From the NCBI GenBank assembly GCA_900617105.1, contig UYFQ01000001.1:806001-870000 (forward strand): a DNA stretch of 64,000 nt, given 5' to 3'. Positions 56,914-64,000 of this stretch are shown piece by piece. Within the stretch, counting starts at the first letter, position 1, and each line of letters starts with the position of its first letter. Source of the DNA: Hydrurus foetidus (Eukaryota). Under the pieces are notes generated by a model. That model did no database searches. It saw nothing but the letters and a program-made list of their open reading frames with translations, and was not told where the DNA came from. The position numbers and the translations under genes were made by a program.

Positions 56914-59531
56914 TTAAAGCAATCGCAACTGCACTGCGCGTGCCACCGCTTCGGTCCGTCGTTGGACGTCCAGCTTGGAAAAGATGTTCTGGTTGTGCCA
57001 CTTGACCGTGCTCAGTGACAGAAACAACCGTTCACCAATGTTTTGATTGGAATGGCCATCCCGAATCAAACGAAGAATTTCCAACTCCCGATGACTGAAG
57101 GCACCCAGAGGCAAGTGGGGTGATGTGGCTGCAGTCGGCACAGGGGCATATTTTTCTTGGGTCATCTGAGTGTCAAATACGCCCAGCAGCTGAGAAGCAT
57201 ACGGGGCTATGCCCGCTTCATACGGCAGCTGGCCTAGCAGCGTTTGCATAGGCGCACCCTCATCCACAAAGAGTCGGATGGATCCTTGAGATTGCGCTTT
57301 CGTCAGGCACTCGCGCAACAGTTGCAAGGCCTTGTCAACTTGTCCGAGTGTTTGGTAAATCATGACCTGAACCACCATAGCCTTGAGGGCATCATGTATG
57401 CGGAACTGCACTTCCAGATCATGTCGATGGCTTTCGATAGCCCGCAATGCATCGGTCCCCTTGCCTTGTGCCAATAGGGTTCTGGCAAGACTCATGGGAA
57501 GCTGGTGTGCGGTTGCCAAGTCGGCTGCGTTGGGTACGTCTGCGTGGCGCAGCATGTACAGCACGCGCAGGTCGACCGCTTCTCGCATGCGATCGGTCAA
57601 TGGCCCTGTTTTTGTCAACCCAGTGGCTCGGGCTACCAGCGCTTCAGCCTCCATGTCTTCATTCCTGGCGCTCAGCAGGCGCGCACGCAGCAAATCAGCC
57701 CCAATTTCGGATTTGCTTTTTGCAAGGACGACGAGCTCGCCGCACAGCAGCGCGAGTGACTCGGCTTCATCCAACGCGTTCCAGTCGTAAAGAATTTTGG
57801 CCAGCCCAAGATGCGCCTCGAAACCCAGCACATGGGTGGGATCGCCAATCATTTTTATGACCTCTCGGTAGGTGGTGGCCGCTGCATGGAGCTGGTAATC
57901 CGTCGCTTGAATTCCAGCCAAGGCAGTGGACGCCACCGCAGCAAACATCACATTGCCAGAAGATAATCCCGCATTGATGACTTCCGAGAAAGCAGCCCTT
58001 GCTTGGATCCTCTCCCCGCGAAACATTTGGGCTACACCCAGGGCGCAGTGCGCGGCGGTTCGGGCGGGGCGACTTTCTAGGTTCAATAACTCCAAGGCAC
58101 GGCTCGCATGCGCATAAATTGCTTCAGCCTCGTTCCGATAGACCGCCAGCCACGCCCGAAGGACTGCGATTTGGCCATAGGTGTCCATCGTCGATGCGTC
58201 TTGCGGGGCGCTGCGCATGGCGGCTTCTGCACCCGATAATTTCTCTTCCAGCAGGCCGGGGTGGCCCGCAAACAGCAACGACCAAGAAAACGCCACCCAA
58301 AGGAACGGGTAGGTGTTCAAGGTTGCATGCGTCAGATTTGAGAGCCAGTGCACGACAGGCGCGGTCACACCCCGAAAGTACAAGGGCATGCCATTGCCTT
58401 GGATCAACCGCATTGCGAGCGCCATGTCATTTGCCTGCGTGGCTTGATGAAAGGCCTCCAGCCCCATGCCCTGAGCCTCATACCATTGGCTGGCACGGCG
58501 GTGAAGTGGCGCGGTAGTCTCCTTTTGATCCAGCCGTTGGCGCAGCAGGTCGGAAAACAAATGGTGGTACCGATACCACCGTCGCTCTGAGTCCAAAGGC
58601 ACGATGAAAAGGCTGGCGTTGTCCAACTGATTCAGGGTTTGTTCCCCGCCGTGGCTTTGCAATACCGCATCACACAAGGGGCCACACAGCCGGTCCAGCA
58701 CCGAAGTGCGAAGCAGAAAAGACTGAACATCATCGGACTGCTGATGCAAGACTTCCTCAATCAGGTAGTCCTGTACGAAATGATGGCTGCCCGTGAACGA
58801 AGCGATAAATCTCTCGGGGTTCTTGTGCTTGTTAAGCGAAATAGCCGCCAATTTCAAACCCGAGATCCAACCCTCTGTTCGGATCTCCAGGGCTTGAATC
58901 TGGGCCTTGGAAAGGCTGATATTGCCGCCCTGCTGGAAAAACTCTACTGCCTCTTCCAACCCAAATCGAAGATCCTGCTGGCGAATCTCTGCCAGTTGCC
59001 CGTTGACGCGTAATCTCCCCAGCGAGATATCTGGTCCTCCCTGCTTGCGATGACCAAGTGCAACTGGGCGGGCATGTGGTCGATCAAAAACGACAGAGAT
59101 TTATTTACGCCCGCACTTGCCGCCAGATGGTAGTCATCCAGAATCAGCACCAGCTTGCCGGGAATCTTGGATAACTGATTCACCAACAACGTCAATACAG
59201 TCTCTGCCGGAGCTGGCGGCGAACCCCTGAGCAAGGCCGCCAAACCCTCGCCAACGGTTTGAGAAATCACCTCCAATGCGGTAACCAGGTATTCGAGAAA
59301 ACGGTTGGAATCGCGGTCCTCAACGTCGAGCGATAGCCAGGCACTGGGGTGAGGGCACGCCTGAGCCCACTGGCTAATCAACGTGGACTTGCCAAATCCT
59401 GCGGCAGCGCATACCAGCGTCAGCTTGCGCGAAAGGCCCTCGTCCAGACGTTGACTCAGGAGTGGGCGGGAAATGTCATGGGCTGGCCGAGGCGGTGCAA
59501 AGAACTTGGTGGCCAGTAGGGCTGTTGACAT
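56914..59531 (-). pseudogene. MalT/LuxR-family STAND-type regulator split by a 1-nt frameshift near 59033
   Basis: LLATKF, AAAGFGKST and LILDDYH lie in one frame; RTEGW, YRYHHLF and the C-terminal LuxR HTH lie in another. One extra C restores SREDPDISLGRLRVNGQLAEIRQQDLRF. Confidence 0.8.
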
Positions 59532-59613
59532 TGGGGATCTATTCAGGTGCGAATCGATGAAAACCATACCTTAGTACGGTTACAAAAGTGGTGGCAATTC
59601 ATAAACTTGCCCC

Positions 59614-60273
59614 ATGACAAATGCCCCTCGAATCGATTGGAAGATGCCGCTGGCGCTGCTGCTAATCAGCGCAATCCCCTTTGCTGCGGGGATCAATCGC
59701 TTAAGCGGTCTTGTCGGCAATCCAGAGATCAGCTCCGAGAACGCCCGATTCGTTGCAGTGCCTTTTCCTGTGATTGTGCACATTCTCAGCGCCAGCCTGT
59801 TTTCCATGCTTGGCGCATTGCAGTTTTCCGCTGCGCTTCGCCAGCGAAACCCCCAATGGCATAGGTTGTCGGGGCACATCGTGGTTGCCAGCGGAGTCTT
59901 CACTGCGCTATCGGGTTTGTGGATGACGGTCATGTACCCAATTCCGCGCGAATTGCAGGGCGGCTTGCTTTGCACAGTGCGCGTTCTCGTGAGCGTTACG
60001 ATGCTGTTTTTTATTTTTTTGGCAATAACTGCGGTCAGGGAAGGTGACATTCCCACGCACCGAGCCTTGATGATTCGCGCTTATGCACTGGGTCAAGGTG
60101 CTGGCATGCAAGTCGTGGTGCTTTTGCCTTGGATACTTCTCATTGGTAAACCCAGCATGTTGCAACGGGACGTACTGATGAGCTTGGCATGGCTGATCAA
60201 TCTGCTTGTCGCGGAGATGGCTATTCAAATGTGGGGCCCGCGTAGTTCAAACTTATCTAGGGGAACCGTATGA
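59614..60273 (+). CDS. DUF2306-like membrane protein
   Basis: HI...LGALQF..LR.R.P.WHR.SG and HRALMIRAYALG motifs; divergent from the LuxR gene. Confidence 0.75.
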   Translation: MTNAPRIDWKMPLALLLISAIPFAAGINRLSGLVGNPEISSENARFVAVPFPVIVHILSASLFSMLGALQFSAALRQRNPQWHRLSGHIVVASGVFTALSGLWMTVMYPIPRELQGGLLCTVRVLVSVTMLFFIFLAITAVREGDIPTHRALMIRAYALGQGAGMQVVVLLPWILLIGKPSMLQRDVLMSLAWLINLLVAEMAIQMWGPRSSNLSRGTV

Positions 60274-60689
60274 AAAATATTCTTATCGCTGCAGTAGCAG
60301 CAAGCATGCTGGGTGCTTGCGGATTCATGACACCCGCCAAACAATACGCGGGAGAAGCTCAGGGCGTTGCTGGTATTGCAGTAATCAAAGGGTTTGTTGG
60401 AAAACCATTTTCCGATGACTTCCATGCAACCATTCGGGGCTACACAAAACTTGAATCCTCAGGCCCAGGAGAACACAAGCAGTTCGGTCTACCGGGCTTT
60501 ACAGACTACCCGAGCGAGATTCAGGTACTGGCCGGAAAGTACAAAGTTCTGGTTTATTGCTTTAGTGGCTTTGCGAGCTACCGACCCAGTACGACCCTGA
60601 CGCTGTTGGTTGGGAAAACCTACTTGTTGAAGTGCAAAGTTCGCGACGGTCAAGCCTTCGTTGATGTCCACACCAGTAACACCGACTAG
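60270..60689 (+). CDS. Hypothetical lipoprotein
   Basis: Lipobox LGAC after MKNILIAAVAASM; ATGA overlap with the upstream gene. Confidence 0.65.
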   Translation: MKNILIAAVAASMLGACGFMTPAKQYAGEAQGVAGIAVIKGFVGKPFSDDFHATIRGYTKLESSGPGEHKQFGLPGFTDYPSEIQVLAGKYKVLVYCFSGFASYRPSTTLTLLVGKTYLLKCKVRDGQAFVDVHTSNTD

Positions 60690-60738
60690 ACCCAATCTCC
60701 CACGCATATTTAGTCCACTGTTTTTACCGCTGTCCATC

Positions 60739-61359
60739 ATGAAAAATTTCCGTACCCCTGAGTCTCTCGTTATCCGTGCCTTCCGTCTGCTTTTCCTGGT
60801 GTCGGTGACTGGCCTGACGGCTTGCTCAACCATGCAAGCAACCGACACCGGTTTTTTGAAAAATCGAGGTGAGATGACAAGCTCGAAAGATGGCAGTGCT
60901 GCCTACTTTCGCTCTCCAACGCCCATAGACCCGCATCAGGTGCGTTCTATTTCTGTTGAATGGGCGATGCCAGTCGATGCTGCGGTTCCTGAGGCTGAAA
61001 GAGCGCGACTAATTTCCGCTTTGGAAGTGGCAATTTCCAGGGAAACCAAAGCACTTCCGCAAAGTGCCAGCGGGCACCCGGTAATCATTCGTGCCGTTAT
61101 CACACGCGTCGAATCTGTGAACCCTGTACTCAACGTCTTAACATCCGTATTTTTGACAGTGCCGCTAGATCGCGGCGGTGCGGCCGTGGAAATTCAAGTG
61201 CTGGATGCAGATACGCTACAACCACTGGCAAGCATGGCTCATGCCTACTTCGCCCCAATCTCTGAATTCAAAGCGAGGTTCTCGGCGTTGGCACCGGCTG
61301 AGTTGGCATTGAATGCAGCCGCGGTCGAACTGGCAAAGCTCCTTCGTGAAAAGAGTTAG
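60739..61359 (+). CDS. DUF3313-like lipoprotein
   Basis: Lipobox LTAC, TGFL, IRAVITRV and GGAAVEIQVLDA.T..PLA motifs. Confidence 0.65.
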   Translation: MKNFRTPESLVIRAFRLLFLVSVTGLTACSTMQATDTGFLKNRGEMTSSKDGSAAYFRSPTPIDPHQVRSISVEWAMPVDAAVPEAERARLISALEVAISRETKALPQSASGHPVIIRAVITRVESVNPVLNVLTSVFLTVPLDRGGAAVEIQVLDADTLQPLASMAHAYFAPISEFKARFSALAPAELALNAAAVELAKLLREKS

Positions 61360-61616
61360 GTTTCTTTGCGTAGTTTTTGAAGTTGCCCCCATTTCACGGA
61401 AAAAGGATTTGATTTTTTGCTCATGACGCCATCTTCTTAAAGGTTGGAATCTCCTCAAATACCGGGGTGATTCAGGGTGAAGTCGAGTTCGTTTTTCGAG
61501 GACAAGATCAATTTGCAGTTGGCTTTATTTTCTGGCTTGCAAACGGGTTAAACTACTGGGTTGCATCAAGTAAGGTACTTTCTAATTTCGGTTAGTGCTT
61601 TTGTTTGATACGCACT

Positions 61617-61703
61617 GCGCGGGTGGCGAAATTGGTAGACGCACCAGGTTTAGGTCCTGACGTCCGCAAGGATGTGGGGGTTCGAGTCCCCCCCCGCGCA
61701 CCA
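61617..61703 (+). tRNA. tRNA-Leu (anticodon TAG)
   Basis: GCGCGGG acceptor stem, TGGTAGAC D-loop, TT-TAG-GT anticodon loop, long variable arm, GGTTCGAGTCC and encoded CCA. Confidence 0.95.
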
Positions 61704-61785
61704 GGACTCTTTTTGCACATGTCAACGCTGCCATTGACTACCCAGTGGCTCTGCGTTAACGACTTCTGACCCCCTAGGAAAACCC

Positions 61786-63108
61786 ATGGCCGTAACTGTT
61801 GAGACACTCGAAAAGCTGGAGCGCAAGATTATTTTGACGCTACCGCTGACTTCCATTCAATCTGAAGTGGATGTTCGCTTGAAGAAATTGGCCCGTACCG
61901 TGAAGATGGATGGCTTTCGTCCCGGTAAAGTGCCCATGACTGTGGTAGCCCAGCGCTACGGCTACTCGGTGCAGTACGAAGTTATGAATGACAAAGTTGG
62001 TGAAGCTTTCTCGGCTGCTGCCAACGAAGCGAACTTGCGCGTTGCCGGTCAACCTCGTATCAGCGAAACCGAAACATCTCCCGAAGGCGCGTTGACGTTT
62101 GACGCGGTGTTTGAGGTGTTCCCCGAAGTCAAAATTGCTGACCTGACCACTGCTACGGTTGAAAAACTGTCGGCTGAAGTGAGTGATGCTGCCATTGACA
62201 AAACCATCGACATCCTGCGCAAGCAGCGTCGCACCTTTGCACAGCGCGCACTCGATGCCGGTGCTGTGGATGGCGACCGTGTAGCAGTGGATTTTGAAGG
62301 CAAGATCGACGGTGAAACCTTTGAAGGCGGTAAAGCCGCTGACTTCCAGTTTTTGGTGGGCGAAGGCCAGATGCTGTCTGAGTTTGAAAATGCTGTGCGC
62401 GGCATGAAAGCTGGCGAAAGCAAGACTTTTCCGCTCGCATTCCCTGCTGACTACCATGGCAAAGACGTGGCTGGCAAGACCGCTGACTTCATGGTCACCG
62501 TCAAGAAAATCGAAGCGGCTAACCTGCCCGAAGTGAACGAAGCACTGGCCAAATCACTGGGTATTGCTGACGCTTCGGTTGAAGGCTTGCGCACTGACAT
62601 CAAGAAAAACCTGGAACGTGAAGTCAAGCTGCGCTTGTTGGCACGCAACAAGCAATCTGTGATGGATGCATTGATCGCTGTTTCGGAACTCGATTTGCCC
62701 AACTCCAGCGTCCAGTCTGAAATCGACCGTTTGCTTGAAGGCGCACGCGCTGACTTGAAGCAACGTGGCATCAAAGATGCTGACAAAGCAGAGATTCCAC
62801 ACGATATTTTCCGCCCTCAAGCTGAGCGCCGCGTGCGCTTGGGTCTGGTTGTGGCTGAGTTGGTTCGTTCTAACTCGTTGCACGCTACACCTGACCAGCT
62901 CAAAGCCCACATCGAAGAGTTGGCTGCCAGCTACGAAAAGCCTGCTGACGTGGTGCGCTGGTACTACAGCGACCGCCAACGCATGGCCGAAGCCGAAGCC
63001 GTGGTGATCGAAAGCAATGTCACTAATTTCGTGTTGACCCAAGCCCAAGTCACTGAGAAAGAAATTTCTTTCGATGATTTGATGGGTCAGCAAGGCCAAC
63101 AAGGTTAA
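61786..63108 (+). CDS. tig: Trigger factor
   Basis: GFRPGKVP ribosome-binding motif, FKBP domain (DFEGKIDGE.FEGGKA) and AERRVRLGL. Confidence 0.97.
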   Translation: MAVTVETLEKLERKIILTLPLTSIQSEVDVRLKKLARTVKMDGFRPGKVPMTVVAQRYGYSVQYEVMNDKVGEAFSAAANEANLRVAGQPRISETETSPEGALTFDAVFEVFPEVKIADLTTATVEKLSAEVSDAAIDKTIDILRKQRRTFAQRALDAGAVDGDRVAVDFEGKIDGETFEGGKAADFQFLVGEGQMLSEFENAVRGMKAGESKTFPLAFPADYHGKDVAGKTADFMVTVKKIEAANLPEVNEALAKSLGIADASVEGLRTDIKKNLEREVKLRLLARNKQSVMDALIAVSELDLPNSSVQSEIDRLLEGARADLKQRGIKDADKAEIPHDIFRPQAERRVRLGLVVAELVRSNSLHATPDQLKAHIEELAASYEKPADVVRWYYSDRQRMAEAEAVVIESNVTNFVLTQAQVTEKEISFDDLMGQQGQQG

Positions 63109-63272
63109 TAAGGCCTGATGGCCTAGGCGGTTTGAGCGCCATCTGCTGAAAGCCTAAAAAGGCCTGATGCCTGAGACTTGCAGTCCAGCCGTCAGGCCTT
63201 ATCTTTTGGTGGGTAGTCTTGGCCCTTAAGCGACTACAGTAACTACTTAACGGCATAACTGGAAAGAGAAAC

Positions 63273-63881
63273 ATGAGTTCACTGGATATTCAAGGCCTCG
63301 GCATGGTGCCGATGGTGATCGAGCAGTCTGGCCGTGGTGAGCGGTCGTATGACATTTATTCGCGCTTGCTCAAAGAGCGGGTGATTTTTTTGGTGGGCCC
63401 CGTGAACGACTACGTGGCCAACTTGGTGGTCGCGCAGCTGTTGTTCTTGGAAAGTGAAAATCCTGAGAAAGATATTTCGTTCTACATCAACTCGCCCGGT
63501 GGTTCAGTCAGCGCTGGCATGGCGATTTTTGACACCATGAACTTCATCAAACCTGATGTCTCCACGCTGTGTACCGGCTTTGCCGCCAGCATGGGCGCAT
63601 TCTTGTTGTCGGCTGGTGCCAAGGGCAAGCGGTTTTCGCTGCCCAATTCCAAGGTCATGATTCACCAGCCCTCGGGTGGTGCGCAAGGTCAGGCGACTGA
63701 AATCGAAATTTCAGCCCGTGAGATTTTGAAAACACGCCTGCAATTGAACAAAATCCTTGCTGAGCAAACCGGTCAGCCCCTGGAAAAAATTGAGCGTGAC
63801 ACCGAGCGCGATTACTACATGACAGCTGATGAGGCCAAAGACTATGGCTTGGTCGATCAGGTCATTGCTAAACGCCCTTAA
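63273..63881 (+). CDS. clpP: ATP-dependent Clp protease proteolytic subunit
   Basis: [27 protein letters not shown] and MIHQP motifs. Confidence 0.97.
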   Translation: MSSLDIQGLGMVPMVIEQSGRGERSYDIYSRLLKERVIFLVGPVNDYVANLVVAQLLFLESENPEKDISFYINSPGGSVSAGMAIFDTMNFIKPDVSTLCTGFAASMGAFLLSAGAKGKRFSLPNSKVMIHQPSGGAQGQATEIEISAREILKTRLQLNKILAEQTGQPLEKIERDTERDYYMTADEAKDYGLVDQVIAKRP

Positions 63882-63902
63882 GCATCTTTCAATCTTTGCA
63901 TT

Positions 63903-63949
63903 GCGGTGGTGGTTTCCTCTAGAGATCCACCATCGCTTTGTTGTTTTTG
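63903..63949 (+). terminator. Terminator-like hairpin after clpP
   Basis: GCGGTGGTGG...CCACCATCGC stem followed by a T-rich tract. Confidence 0.5.
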
Positions 63950-64000
63950 TATTTGGGTATCATTGTTGTGAACCCCTAACTTTAAGCACCTCTCCATGGC

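Noticed and set aside
63110..63200. AAGGCCTGATG repeated twice with one inverted partner after tig
   Set aside because: Consistent with an ordinary intergenic hairpin; too few copies for a REP or CRISPR call.
63996..64000. Possible clpX start codon
   Set aside because: Only five bases are visible; expected from tig-clpP-clpX order but not supportable here.
1..64000. CRISPR array, cas genes, rRNA, integrase or intact prophage
   Set aside because: I saw no regularly spaced repeat-spacer array, rRNA sequence, recombinase or phage structural genes.

Overview
A 64-kb chromosomal window, probably from a Comamonadaceae betaproteobacterium (Rhodoferax-like). That placement is inferred from gene content and the tmRNA tag ANDERFALAA. 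All family calls come from motifs read by eye; no searches were run. The housekeeping backbone comprises a partial TonB receptor, EamA, MATE, ppiC-bolA-yciB-msrB-selO, an acyl-CoA ligase with a Liv-type ABC transporter, a hexuronate/aldarate catabolic cluster (TRAP, lactonase, udh, FadR regulator, kdgD, aldehyde dehydrogenase), ubiG-gph-ssrA and tRNA-Leu-tig-clpP. It carries two accessory blocks. (1) 9.6-22.0 kb is a hybrid synthase-dependent exopolysaccharide locus of the phage N4 glycan receptor type. It encodes a BcsB-like protein, an NfrB glycosyltransferase with two MshEN modules fused through an internally duplicated linker to a BcsE-like RxGD c-di-GMP module, an NfrA TPR/porin, AlgF- and AlgJ/X-like acetylation proteins without AlgI, a YbcH/DUF4434 protein and a convergent wecB. 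This is the best candidate for an undescribed system. (2) An integrase-less island at the ssrA 3' end (45137-55650) carries an AAA+ ATPase-HTH / S8 protease pair (ietAS-like). The protease is cut by an IS256 and an IS4-family element and reconstructs to an intact 732-aa ORF. The island also has a GIY-YIG-like gene and a Cys-rich unknown gene. Two identical-looking IS5-family copies need a -1 frameshift at a T TTT TTG site. A leaderless promoter with a 12-bp inverted repeat suggests that DUF2239 autoregulates a MATE pump. Three single-base frameshifts elsewhere may be sequencing errors.
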